From assembly GCF_018977255.1 (NCBI RefSeq), contig NW_024704743.1, positions 27,778,001 through 27,842,000 on the forward strand: a stretch of DNA of 64,000 nucleotides. The letters run 5' to 3'. Positions 40,545 through 53,452 of the stretch are shown in pieces. The notes beneath the pieces are model-generated. The model was not told the DNA's origin. It saw only the letters and a list, made by a program, of their open reading frames with translations, and did not search any database. This DNA comes from Callorhinchus milii. Lineage: Eukaryota. Position 1 is the stretch's first letter. Each line of letters opens with the position of its first letter. The position numbers were made by a program, and so were the translations under genes.

Positions 40545-40890
40545 TTCATAGAATCATAGAATATTACAGCAAAGAAACAGGCCATTTGACTCGACAAGCC
40601 TGGGCAGGGTAATTCTTCATACAGTGTTAGGCTCTCTGCTGCTCACTCTCCAGACCCTTTAATATGCCTCTTTTCAGTCATCTATTTAATTCCATTTTAA
40701 AATAATGTACAGGCTCTGCTTCAATAACAATTTATGGCAGAGAATTCCACATTCCAATGACACTTTTTGTTAAAAAAATTCTAACATTTAATTGCTCTAA
40801 ATTGGTGGCTTCTAGTTACTGACCAGTTGACCAACAGAAATAACCAATTAATATTTACCCCTAACCCTTCATAATCTCAAATGTCTCTGT
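40545..40890 (-). mobile_element. Old CR1 3' fragment
   Basis: catagaatcatagaa tail, aggccatt motif and ggcagagaattccaca (WNSL-coding complement). Confidence 0.65.
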
Positions 40891-41348
40891 CGATATCTCT
40901 TTTATATTATATATTTCCAATAATAGGATTGATGCACAACATGTCTAAAATACTATTCAGGACAACAACCACAACAACAAATTACATTTGTACAGTGCCT
41001 TTCACGTTGGGAGGAAGTCCTAAGGCGTTCCTCTTGTTGAGCTCCCCTAAATCAGTTATCAAGAATTCCAGGTGCAAAAGTTATCTTAAAGCAATGTTTA
41101 AAGATTCCCTGTTTGATATCTAAAGCATTTGATCACTAGTCTGGATTTCTCAGGATTGCTCTATCTAATGTGCCAAGCTCTTGGAAGCTGACAACAGCAC
41201 TTTTATTCCAGTAAATCTGTTACAAACTTAATTATGTTAAGATTACTGTAGAATATCCTATGAATGTGGCCATCTGTATTGTTAACCCGCCTTTTTTCAG
41301 AATTTTTTAGTTGAAAATAGCAAATTGGCAAGTGTAATGAAGTAACTC

Positions 41349-41740
41349 AATAATAATAATCATTGCATTTGATATAGTGCCTTTTCATGGCAAAACATCT
41401 CAAAGTGCTTTGCAGAGTTTTTCTGTATTGTGTATTTGTAGACAAACACTGCAGCACAAAGCATTAACCTACAAACAGTTATGAAATGAATGACAATTGT
41501 TTTTTTCTATCTGGGGAATTATTGGCTCGGACACTGGGAGAAACTCCTTTCCATTTTGTGCCATGAGATCTTTAGCATTCACCTGAACAGACAGATGAGA
41601 TCTTGGTTTAACACCTCATCCACAGGATAGCACCTCTGACAATAAAGTTCTCTCTCAGCACTCTGTTGGAGTGTCAGCCCACTATGGGTTTAGAGTCGTG
41701 ATTTAGAGATGAGGATGCTACTACCTGAACCAGGCTGATG
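41349..41740 (-). mobile_element. DeuSINE-like SINE, family B. Further copies at about 6370-6715(+), 7430-7765(-), 31270-31645(+), 39235-39548(-) and 53510-53745(-)
   Basis: Shared core cacctgaacagacagatg...ggtttaac..ctcatcc...gcacctctgaca and a shared 3' half. Confidence 0.75.
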
Positions 41741-43338
41741 CCTTGAGGAATCTAATCTGTGAATTAGACCAGATTTTACATAAATATGTTTAAATGGGCT
41801 TCTGGTTCAGCAAAAAATCGCTTTGTTTTGGTTGGGTTGAATCAATCAACTTTAACTGCTTTTCCTTCGTCTTTAGTACGAATGAGTTAAGATTTGGTGT
41901 GTTGAAATACCCAATCTGATAAATTATCTACCAGTGAAGAATTAAATCAGCATAATTTCCTGTGTGTCTAAAACAAGCAGGAAATAGTTGTGCCTTGTGG
42001 TACCTTACAATGCATGACAATGATTAGAATCAATGAACAAAACATTCTCGTTTCCACCACTGCATCACACTAAATTAGACAAATGACAAAAGTGATGGTG
42101 CCATTCAGGAAACTAAGCTTGGACTCCATTCAGTCCCAGCCTAATAGTGAAGTGGAATTGCAACTTCACACAAAACAAACAGTGAGTTCAGAAACATTTC
42201 AATGAATGATGCTAAAAGATTCATGGATCATTGTCAATAAAAATCAGTCAACACCAAACTTCATGCATCATTAACCCTGACTTCATTGGTCGACACTTGT
42301 CAAAGATTCCAGAGCTCTACCATTGGTGCATTTATGCAGCTCTGTCGACTAACACATATACTCTTGGCAAAGATATCTGGTAAGATATTACTGTTTTGAT
42401 TTTTTCCCCCTGAAATACCATCTCAAGCAAACAAACAAACAAACAGGCCCTGGTCAGCTGAAGGTAGCTTAGCACTACCCTCTCACTTTAACGTGAAGAC
42501 CGAAGGGAAAAAATCCCTAATCCAGAACTGTGACAACTTGTGTTCTGCTTGGAAACTGAGAGCCTGCTTTCATTGTTTGCTTGTGATAAAATCTTTCAGT
42601 CTTTCGCATTGGGCACTGTGCTCTTTCGATGAAGGCTGTAAAGACAGTGCAGATTGACTTTCTTATGTCATGTTTCTATGGGTGTTGACATGTCATTGCT
42701 GTAGCAACAGCTTTCAGCATTCGATTAGTTGTGCAAACACTCTTTCTTCTCCATGGAGAACCCAACAGTGTGTAATAGAGCACAAAGTGTAGGCTTGTTT
42801 GTCTGATAAAAAATTAGTTATTAAATAGTGAAATAATTACAAGTATTTTACTATTACCTATGTGCCATTGTTCTTTCACTGGGGTGGAAACAGTGAATAA
42901 CTGGGAGCCATTAAAGGCAGTAATCTAATCAAGAAGTGCAGAGTTAAAGTGCTTGAGCTTCACTGAAACCTGAGTGCTTTATCTCTGAACCCTGAGATTA
43001 GATTACAGTCTTGTAATCACCCATTGAGCTGTGTTATTATTTTACAGTACGTAGAATTTGAGTGCTGTGGGAGAGGAGGAAGGATGATGTTTGAGAACTA
43101 TAGCAATAGTCAATCAATATAGACTTGGGGAGGAATTCCACTGTGGTCTAGATTTACTGTATTTATATAGCTTTTCAGCGAGTCCAGAATGTCGCAAATT
43201 CCTAAACACAGTCTTAATTTTGAGGCTGGTTTAAAAATAATAAGTCATTTGTTCAGAAAAAATTGTAGTTTCAGATATTGCACTCGCAAATCTTCATTTC
43301 AGTGCCTAAAACTCCTGCTGGTCCCACTGTTTAGGGAC

Positions 43339-43725
43339 ATAATAATCCTTGCATTTGATATAGTATTTTATCACATCATCAAGTCATCTCAAAGCTCTTC
43401 ACAGGATATACTGTAAAGTGGAGTGACTGTGCATTTTGTGGGTGAAATGCGGCAGCCAGTTTGCATACAGCAGTGTCCCTCAAATATCCACGGAGTGAGT
43501 GCCCAATTTTGTTTGGGGGATTGATGGCCAGGACTCCAGGAGAAACTCCTTTCTCTTTTCTAATAGGGCCATTTACAGTATATCCTGTGCAGCGTTTTGA
43601 GATGTCTGGAAGACGTGAAAAGCACTATATCAAATGCAAGGATTATTATTATTACTAAGGGATCTTTTAACATCCACCTGAACAGGCAGATGGGACCTTG
43701 GTTTAACGTTTCATTTGAAGGATGG
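43339..43725 (-). mobile_element. DeuSINE-like SINE carrying an oppositely oriented SINE-tail insert (about 43572-43655)
   Basis: The Deu core is split between aatagggcca and gggatcttttaacatccacctgaacagg by a + strand tail. Confidence 0.8.
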
Positions 43726-44542
43726 TGAACATTTCCCTTGTGTATATCCATAGGAACACATATTTGAGGGATTACTAGGACTGTTTCCATCATTATTGAC
43801 TGATTACCAGACAGAACATTGGTTTCATGCACTAGAATAAAATACAATTCAATCACAGAGAAATCTGGATGAGCGAGGGATCAAGAAACTGAGGGAAAAT
43901 TACTGTAAATTCTGGAAATTCAATACCTCTTGGAACCATACCAGTTTTTAGCTTGTCTGCAGATTATAAAGGGATGTTGTCATCAAGAAGCCTATTTGGG
44001 AAATGATTGCTAGATGGTACATGATATAAATAATTATTGCACTCGATAAAGCTCCTTATCACCTCCACCAACTCTTGCATGGGGAGACTATGAGCTTAAG
44101 GTCCCGGGTGGAGTTTGCACTCATAATCTAAAAGTGCACAGTCACTACACTTTACAGTAAAATTCTATGAAGCACTTAGAGACATCCTCCGACACCAAAA
44201 TTGCTCTTTCAAATGAAAATATTATTATTATAACCTTTTGATTCCGAGGTGAAAGTGTTACCAACTGAACCAGCTGACACCTAAGCCTTGGAAAGGAGCA
44301 GAATAGATGGGTCAACCATCCTTTGCTTGTACCTTGCTTTATGTTATTATTTAAAGAGTTTGCAAGGGATGCTAAGATATACACTTAGCCCTGATAGAAA
44401 ATTCTAAAATGCTCAAAACTGCTCTGAGGCTCAACGCTTCAGCAGTCCATCAAATTCTTCCTTTGGTTCTGCTTTTGAGTCTTGGTTTCCATCACCGTTT
44501 CCTGTCTGACTCGACTAACTAACTTTCCCTTTGTCTTATCAG

Positions 44543-44607
44543 GAGGGGAAAGAAGCACAGCATGATCCTGCGGACGCAGCTCTCAGTCAGAGTCCATGCC
44601 TGTATTG
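44543..44607 (+). CDS. FHOD3: FHOD3 coding exon 3
   Basis: ctttgtcttatcag acceptor and TTG|gtaagt donor. 65 nt encoding RGKKHSMILRTQLSVRVHACI, phase-compatible with exon 2. Confidence 0.95.
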
Positions 44608-46829
44608 GTAAGTCAAACCTTTCCTAATATATTGAGAAGGTGAGTGAGCAGCAGGAATCATGCCCTCCAAATTGAAAGATTACATGAAGAGCGCTGACGA
44701 TGACAAGTAATATAACATTGGCTTGAAGTGACCCAAGAGGTACCATGAGGGATAGAAGTCCGTGACCTGCATGTCCAGATCCATTCAATGCATTAAGTAT
44801 CAGATGAACCATTGAATATCAGGTGGACTATCAATTATCGAGTGAAACAATAAATATTGAATGGACCAATTAATCAATTCCTGTTGAAGGTGTATTTATT
44901 GATATTTCATGTATAATCTCTGCTTGTTGGTTTGTGAGCTATTAAGGTATGGGTTGTTGCTCTTCATAGGACTTGGGGACATCAGCCACAGCAACCAATG
45001 TTGTACTATGATTCTAGCACCTTCCTTGCAAAAGCTATCACCAGCATATCATGTTGGATTTTTTTTTGCGTCAGCTTGACTAAAGGTACCCTCTCCTGGA
45101 AGTTTATCCTGCTAACATCCCTGCAACTGGATGATTCACAATCTGGGAAATCGAGGGCACAAACTGGTTCCTAACAGTATTAATATCAAGCTTGAATTTT
45201 GCTCCTGCTTGAATCTCAATTTCTTACTTCCCAGAGTTATCCTACGCATATCCTGGTCTCTTTGCCGGTGAGATCAGGCTGAAGTTTATTATTCTGTTAT
45301 AAATCTTGAACACTTCTGCTAATTATAATAGGTAGACCAGGCGGTCACTGTGCTAAATTGTCTTGTCTTCGTTGGGGTTTTAATGGGCGATTAACCCTTA
45401 CCAGGGTTAGTGAGGGGAAAAATTAGTCAGGCCTCTTGCTCATGTGCTCTCTTCAGTAACCCTCTGCTGGTTGTGCATGTGTGGCAGCTGGGTGAGGAGA
45501 GGTCAATACAGTCGAGTGATCTGCTAACATTCACTTCTAAAGTTCAGACATAAAGAATGGTCAGTTTGTTGGGGGCACCAGAGTGAATCCGTGGAACCAT
45601 ACCCCAGTAAAAGGATGTCAGACCAGGAGCGCAGGTGCATATGCCAGTGAGTAGAAAATTAGATAAAAATAAATGGTTGCACTAAAAAACCCCCAAAATC
45701 AAATCTTCCTATTTTAGTGCTATGCTCTCAGCAGAGCACCTTTCATTTTCCAGGAGGGAATAAAGTATTTAAAAAATCAAGTCTACTGACCCAGAAAAGA
45801 ACATTTCATGTGTGGTGAAAATAATTATCAACTTGCTTCCAGCAATTTAGTAAAACGATCTGGGCCAGGAATGCAAAAACGTATAAATTAGCTTCATTAA
45901 GTGATTAAAATGTGGTTATTTTGTATTTTTTACCTTCAGGATTTATGATTCTTTTGACACTAATGCAATCCTTTAGCTGTGAAAAGAAATGATACTCCAA
46001 TTTGTTGAGACTTGTTCTTCTAAAGAGACCTCATCTGGAAATGTGTCCTAAATCTTCTGAAAGGGACTCTGTGTCCTTATGAAATTGATGATATGCAAGC
46101 CAAAAATCTCCTGTTTACAAGCACACGGCAGATAGCCAATTCATGTGGTTTTCAGTCCAGGTGGCTGGGATACCAATGTAACTCAGTCAGGAAATGTGGC
46201 ATTATTTGGAGATATTGGAACAGAAAGGCCCTGATCACAGGCAGCAAAAACAAAGATGGTGCCGGTTGGCTTTCGGCTGCTACCAGAACTCTTGTGTATG
46301 TGTGTGTGGGGGGGGGGATGGGAGTGGTGGGTGTGTGGGTGTGGATGGTTCAAAATAAACTGTAACCTGGTTTGTTATATAAAGAATACAATGTATTGTG
46401 GTAATACTATGATTTTGACCCCTTATTGTTGTTTATTTCGGGATGAGTTACATACACTCCTTCCCCCTCCACTCTGCGGTGTTATCCTACAGGATGAGTG
46501 CTATATTAATTCATGTTGTTGCTGCTGTAGTTCTTACTAGCAACCAGGAAATGGGGTGAAGTCTCATTCTCTTTCCCTTGGAAAGTTGAATGCAGCCTCA
46601 CTCATCACAGCTGCTGGAAAGCACGCAAATAAACTGGAATCAATTACTAGTCTGAGTTTCCCACTCGTAGCCACTCTGAACACTGGATGTCACGGCTTCC
46701 AAAATGAAAGCACTCAAAGTTCACAAATCGAGCTAAAGTCATTCATTTCACAAGATCACAGGAACGTTTTGAATGAATGAAAAGTGTTCTTTTGGTCCAT
46801 TTTATCTCATCCTTATTGAATATGCACCT

Positions 46830-46990
46830 TACTGTCTTGCTATTACAGCATCAAGCTAGTTCCAAAATAAGTCCAATGACCTGGTCGTTGCTAGCCTTCC
46901 TTGTAACCCATTCCAGCTGTTAGTTATCCTTTGTGCAAAGAAATACTTCCTGGTGTCTGTCCTGAAGTTGCCCTTCATTCTCAAAACTCT
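46830..46990 (-). mobile_element. Old CR1 fragment
   Basis: Minus-strand peptide KGNFRTDTRKYFFAQRITNSWNGL. Confidence 0.65.
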
Positions 46991-47698
46991 CCATTGAGAA
47001 CATTCTTCAGGATGCTTTCTCCAGCTTGATATCACTGTAGAAGACTCACTCTTCGAAGTGATACCAGACATTCAGGAAGGGAGTTTCTGGCCACACAATT
47101 CTCAGTTCTAATAGTGCAGATGTCTTGCGGTGCTGGAATCCTGCACCAGATCTTTAGCAGTATTCTGCGGATTACAGATCAGAACAAATGAACTTTGAAC
47201 CTTAAACCATTTTGACATTCAAGATGGAACATGTGGATACTGTTAGCAGCTCTGCTGAAGGAGAAATCTGACTTTCATTTTTTTTTACTCAATACAGTAC
47301 CTGGAGGATTCATGAGAAAGGGACTGGATTGTTTGAGCTCTTGATGTTAAGTTTGTTGGAAAGACTGGACTGCATCAAATGTGTGGCAGATGCGATTGGT
47401 TAGAAAGGAGTTACATGATCAAAACGCTTCCTGTTTTCACTTCACACAACATCAATATTGTGCTTAAATGTAGGGCACTGTTCTCCAGCAACCTTGGCCC
47501 AGTAGGGCTTCTTTGAAGAGCCAGATGCAAACGTATGTCCCTTTGTAAGGAACAGATACTGGAGATCAAGTAAAGGAGAGTATGGATTGGAGAACTTAGC
47601 AAAAATAGCAGAGGCTGAATAAATTGGAGAGGGGGAGAGTGGGTGAGTGTTCCTCCTTCCCCCTTGTAGGGGAGTTTTTCTGCAGAGTTGCCTTAGAG

Positions 47699-47892
47699 TA
47701 GGGTGGTCCAACCTATTGTCTGCTGAAGGCCGGATACCCTATTTGAGAAACATTCCCGGGTCACAAAAGCAATATTTTTGTGTTTCCCTTTCCAGAAACA
47801 TAACATTTATGGGTTGTGGAGGGAGCGGCTAGGCCAGATGAAATGGAGGGGGGGTTTGGAGTGGAGGGATGAAATCCAGTTGGACAACCCTG
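47699..47892. mobile_element. hAT/Charlie-like MITE
   Basis: TIRs (t/c)AGGGT(g/t)GTCCAAC...GTTGGACAACCCTG, with 8-bp flanks CCTTAGAG and CCTTAATG (6/8 match). Confidence 0.7.
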
Positions 47893-50265
47893 CCTTAATG
47901 GGTACAGCGTGTGACTATACTGAATCAAACAATCACACCTGTTGCAGTGCAAATGTTTTTGAACCATTGTTGTGGTCCCTGGTTTCAATTAAAACTAAGG
48001 TTAGAAGTACAGTAGTTGTCTCAGATGTGATTTGGTGACACAATGATGCCATCGGAATGTCAATCATGCTGGCGCATCTTTGTGTATGAATGTGTTGTGC
48101 AATTTCTGCCTCCACTGAAAGTAATACAAATTAAAGTACGGCGTCCAGTTGAACAGTGTGTACTTCAAAAATGAAATAACAAACAACAACCAGATTACAT
48201 TTGTATAGCGCCTTTTACGTCGGAAGGATGTGCCAAGGCGCTGAATATCACCAGGAACGCTGCTTTGTTTGCAGTTGACGTTGTGGAAGTTGAAAATGGG
48301 TTATACTGCCAACGTCATTTTTAAATTGATTCTTTCATATTTTTTGCAATGTCAAATCCAGTCTTATTTCAATCCAGATGGTACATGAAACAGGACACTA
48401 AATCTGCTTGGCACAGGCTGACAACTAAATAGAGATCCAGCTCTTGTTTAGAGCCTGAAATATGCAGCAATCTACCCTTATATCCTCCTGTACTGTTCCC
48501 TGATACATACTTCTTCAGTTCTTTTTGACGTTGCCATAGAGAGCACACTACAGTGCTGTTTCACAAGGTACCGTCCCTTTCAATGTGCTAAATACTACAT
48601 GGATAGCAAATTTGATCTCACTTTGTACACCAGCACCAAGTGCCATGTTCACTGATGATGACACTAGTGTTAATTTATTTTTAAAAGTCGTATCACTTGG
48701 GTTTGTTGCATGTAACAAATATGTGCGATGGTATAGAATAAACTTGGTTGTACAAGACCAGCCACGTGATAAGTGGAAGCAGGCCTGATAGTCCAGGTCT
48801 AACTGCTGTTGGGATTTTTTGCCTAGTTTGTCCTGTGTGACAGGAAAGCTTGCTTAGTGGGAATATAGATTGGTAGAGCCGCTGTAAGTAGATGATGATG
48901 ATTCTGGATAAGATGACAGCCATCTGTCACTGCTCTTCACTTATTGTCTAATGATTAGCTCCAGTTACACTTTCAGACTAGCAACCCTACCCTTAGTCGC
49001 AAAACACAGGGTACGTCATCAGACAGGAAGATCTGGCAGCTGAAATCAGAGCCATTTAGGTCAGTTTGCTTTCATCCATAAAAGTCTGATCAAAGAGTTT
49101 CAAAGCACACCTGTGCTTTGGAAGTCTACTATAACATGTGTAATGCAGGAAACCGGGATCTGGAGTGAAAGACAGATAGTATATTGAGGTGGGTTGGAAT
49201 CATGAGAATCAGCTAAGCAAAGCAAAATAGTGAATATTATTACAGTTTCATGTGTTGCATGACTTAGCTTTCCCTAAGGGGGGTTAGCTCCTGAGTACTG
49301 AGTATTTCACGTGAACCCTCTTGCTTAACTGATGAACTCATGTCCCAGTATGTGAATAGAGAGCTCATATGGTTTTAAAAACTGCACCAAGATACTACTG
49401 TACTGATTTGAAGCAAAAGTTTGAGAAGTTACATGTAGGTTCTCTGTTTCCTTTGTTTTATTGATTAAAAATCAGATTGAATTACATGTTTTTTTCCTTT
49501 GGATAAAGTGCTCCTGCTGTAAAATGTATATCTTTCATTCAATATCTACATTGCAAGCCTTCCTCCTAACACACTCCCCTCACCATGAGCCTATTATTGT
49601 TATTAGACTACTTAGGGAGGAGCTATTTGTGTCATCTAAAAAGTAAATAAGCTGTAAAGACATGTCACATGTCATCAAAGGGATGATTTCTTCATGCAAA
49701 ACTCTTGCAAATTCTTTTTTTAACAAAATGTAACTCAGTGATGTATGTTGCATTAAATGCAATTTGTTGTGACAAAGAAGATGTTCCGTTATTCTCTTTC
49801 CCTAAAATATAGGTTTGTCAAACATTGCTATGAAGATAGCACCTCATTAAGTTTAATTCTGCAGCTCTTTAAGATCTCTTAAATAGTTTTTAAGTTGCTG
49901 GTCCTGTCATGAGTATGAAGTATCCAAATTGTTATGGACTGAGGTAGAGCTACTAAGCTTTAAACTTGTCAATTGAAGTGTGGCTGTTGATGATGATAAT
50001 AATAACAATAATAATAATCCTTGCATTTGATATAGCACTTTATCACATCGTCAAGACATCTAAAAATTATGTGCAGATGAATTTGCAGCCAATTTGCATA
50101 GAGCAGTGTCCCATGAGCTGAATGATCAGTTTTATTTGGGGGAATTATTGGCCAGGACGCTTCAACAGCCATTTGTCGTAAAGCATTCGATATTATAATA
50201 ACTCAAATCGTACATTTTATTACTGCATCGAACTAAAAGTTTCTTCCAATCTGCGCCCCATCTTT

Positions 50266-50573
50266 ATTGCTCAGTGCTTAGAGCGCTCGCCTCACAAGCG
50301 AGAAACCCGGGTTCAATTCGTGGCAGGGTGAAACCTTGGGCAAGTTTCCTTACTCCACACACCTGATAATAATCCCTCAAGAAAAAAGAAACAATAATAA
50401 ATTGGTCACTTCAATCCACGGCTGTTTGTGGGACACCACTGCGCGCAATTGGCTGTCGCGTTTCGCCCACAAATATACAGTCAATTCACTTTACTGTATA
50501 TTCTGTGAAGCGCTTTGAGATGTCTAGAAGACATAAAAAGCGCTATGTCAAATGCAAGGATTATTATTATTAT
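50266..50573 (+). mobile_element. tRNA-derived SINE, family A, short form
   Basis: gctcagtgcttagagcgc...gggttcaattc head and (ATT)n tail. Confidence 0.9.
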
Positions 50574-52574
50574 CTATATATCTAAATATTCTTATTTTGC
50601 ATCTAACGTGATTCATACACTAACTCTTTACTGAATCTTCACGTCTTCCTAACTCTGTGTTAGTGTGGCAACATTACTGCTATTGTCTTAACTGATTTCA
50701 AGCAGCTTTTGTCTTCACCTCCTGCCATGGCAGAGAAACAGGATGTCATTAGAGTTCTAAGGCAGTAATACAATCAAGGGTTTCAGATGATGCTACAAAC
50801 AGACAAGGATAAGTATTCTGTTATCTCAGGAAGTTATAAATTTCCAGTGGCTGACCAGCAGTCAGTGGAAGTGGACTTTGTATTGAGACAAAGAATTATT
50901 GACCACCTTGTGTAGTAGTAGACAGCTAACAATTTGTTGGAGAATTCAGCACAAACCTGCTCCTACCTCACCTGTCAATTCTATTGACCAGTCTACAATA
51001 TCTAGCCTGAAACATTGGCACTTGTAACAAAATCACTGCTGATCACTGATCATCAACAACAACGATAGCTTGCATTTATATAGCGCCCTTCACGCAGGAT
51101 AGCATTTTGAAGTGTTGCAATTTTTAATACCAGTTATGGTAACACACCGATCCATGGGAACCCTGCCATGGAAGTAAATTATGTTGGAATTGTTCGGTGT
51201 GACACCCTTCTGGTCAGCAGAAGGAGATGCTGTTTGAGATTTAGAGACATTAAAATTCACTTCATGGCTGTATGTGGGTCACTTCTGTGTGCAAATTGTC
51301 TGCAGCATTCACCTAAAAATTCAGTCACTATACAATAAAATCCCTGCGAAGTGCTTTAAGACATCTTGATGACATGATAAGATGCCATATGAAATGCGTG
51401 TACATACTTCCAGTTGATAGATATTGTCCTTTCCAAGATGTAATTGATGAAAATTTAAAATATGCAAAGCATACACTGGAACCTCAAATCTAACAACAAA
51501 TGTACCCTAACAGATGTACTTGCTGTACACTGTCCATTGCCTTGGGACGTCCTCCCGACGTGAAAGGCGCTATACAAATGTAATCTTGTTGTTGTTGTAC
51601 TTGAATTATTTTTGGGGCAGAAATTTGGGTGGTTCAAAACAAAACCCATTATGAAGTAAAAGGAATAGCATTCGAAGAAGAGAAGGATACTGACCTGTTC
51701 TGAAGTGTAAAATAAAGTGATACAGGGGAGTGAGCAGGAATGTAGCAACAGCATGAGAAGAGATTAAAGGATTAAGTGACAAATCAGGGCTGTTCACTTG
51801 ATCATGCATTCAATCATTCATTCAGCCAGTACTTCATAAGAGTTCATCATAGGGCCATTCTCGCTGAGGTGAGGTTCAGATAGGTTTACATGTACAACTC
51901 AGATCACTTATACTTTCTGAGGCTGATCAGTTAAGAGTCAAATGTTGGGCGTATGCTGTTAAATAATTACCGTGACCATAACTGTTGGGTTGCTCTGTAT
52001 CTTGAATCAGTTGGGAACATCCCCCTCAGAAAATTGCCCTTTAAGTCTACCCATTGCTGCTGGTAGAACAAGAGGTTTTCTACTCCAGCTGGAATAGTTG
52101 CTGCCCACATTAACTTAATTTCTTCTGCAGTGGTTAAAAACAGATAGTGTTACTACTGTACTTACACTAGTCACAGTCCCACAACGTTGCAAGTTATTCT
52201 GTTCTGTATGTATCACATATTGTGCCTCTGTTCGGCATGCACTTGATTACAATCCCCAGCTCGGGTGCAAACTGTCTAAAGCCTTGAAACGTCCTTCTGA
52301 CGTGAAAGGCACTATACAAATGTATTCTGTTATGTTGTTGTTATTGTGCATTTGCTTGTGCAGGCTAAATGCTACTCTCCTCCATTTGTACATTTTATGC
52401 AGATTTGTCAATGTTGCTTATAAATATGTTTCAAGTAATTGTAAAAGTGAGAGGTCAAATTTGCCTTGTTTCAAAATGGATTTAGTGTGATCAAATGAGA
52501 GGGCAGCGATTAGGAATGTAACCATGGAATGCAATGGTCTGTTATTGGTTTGGCCTTTTCGGGCTATTTAAAAA

Positions 52575-53452
52575 AATTCATAGCATCATTATGAAAGGAT
52601 TAGAGTATAAGAGTAGGGAAGTCCTGCTGCAACTGTATAGGGCCCTGGTGAGACCACACCTGGAATACTGTGTCCAGTTTTGGTCTCCTCATTTAAGGAA
52701 GAATGTACTTGCCTTGGAGGGGGTGCAGCGTAGATTGACTAGGTTAGTACCAGGGATGAAGGGGATGAGTTACGAGGATAGGCTGACCAATTTGGGCCTA
52801 TATTCTCTAGAATATAGAAGAATTAGAGGGGATCTTATAGAAACCTATAAGATCATCAAAGGGCATGATAGAGTAGATAGTCGGAGATTGTTTCCCCTGG
52901 TTGGAGAAACTAAAACCAGGGGTCACAACCTTAAAATCAGAGGCCAACCCTTTCGCACTGAGTTGAGGAGGAACTTCTTCACTCAAAGGGTGGTTAATGT
53001 ATGGAACTCACTACCCCAAAGGGCTGTTCTCTTTGACCGTGCCTTCAGCTCCCCTCTCGACTCTCTTCCTCCTCCTCGCTCCCTCCCTTCCCTCCCCTCA
53101 CCCTGACCATTTCCCCCCTCCTCTCTCCCTCCCTTCCCTCCCCTCACCCTGACCATTTCCCCCCTGCTCGGGTCATGACCCAACTGTGCAGCGCCTTGGG
53201 ACGTCCTCCTGACGTGAAAGGCGCTCTATAAATGGAATCTTGTTGTTGTTGTTGTTGTGTTGACGCTCAGTCCTTGAACATATTCAAGACTGAGATAGAT
53301 AGATTTCTTATTGCAAAAGGGATGAAGGGATATGGGGATAAGGCAGGGTCAGGTTATTAGCTGGAGTTAGATTAAAAGATCAGCCATGATTGAATGGCAG
53401 GGCAGGCTCGAAGGGCCAAATGGCCTACTCTTGCTCCTACATGTTATGTTAT
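52575..53452 (+). mobile_element. CR1-clade LINE 3' fragment, interrupted by an L2 tail
   Basis: Peptide LYRALVRPHLEYCVQFWSP...GLYSLEYRRIRGDLIETYKI...TRGHNLK...RNFFTQRVVNVWNSLP. The frame resumes after about 53258 (VDAQSLNIFKTEIDRFL), followed by a CR1-type 3'UTR (gggccaaatggcct). Confidence 0.92.
53027..53257 (+). mobile_element. L2 3' end nested inside CR1
   Basis: Near-identical to the reverse complement of 8501-8685. Ends in (GTT)n and contains an internal ~45 bp tandem duplication. Confidence 0.9.

Noticed and set aside
52534..53106. 190 aa ORF as a host gene
   Set aside because: It is a CR1 ORF2 C-terminal fragment fused to an L2 tail.
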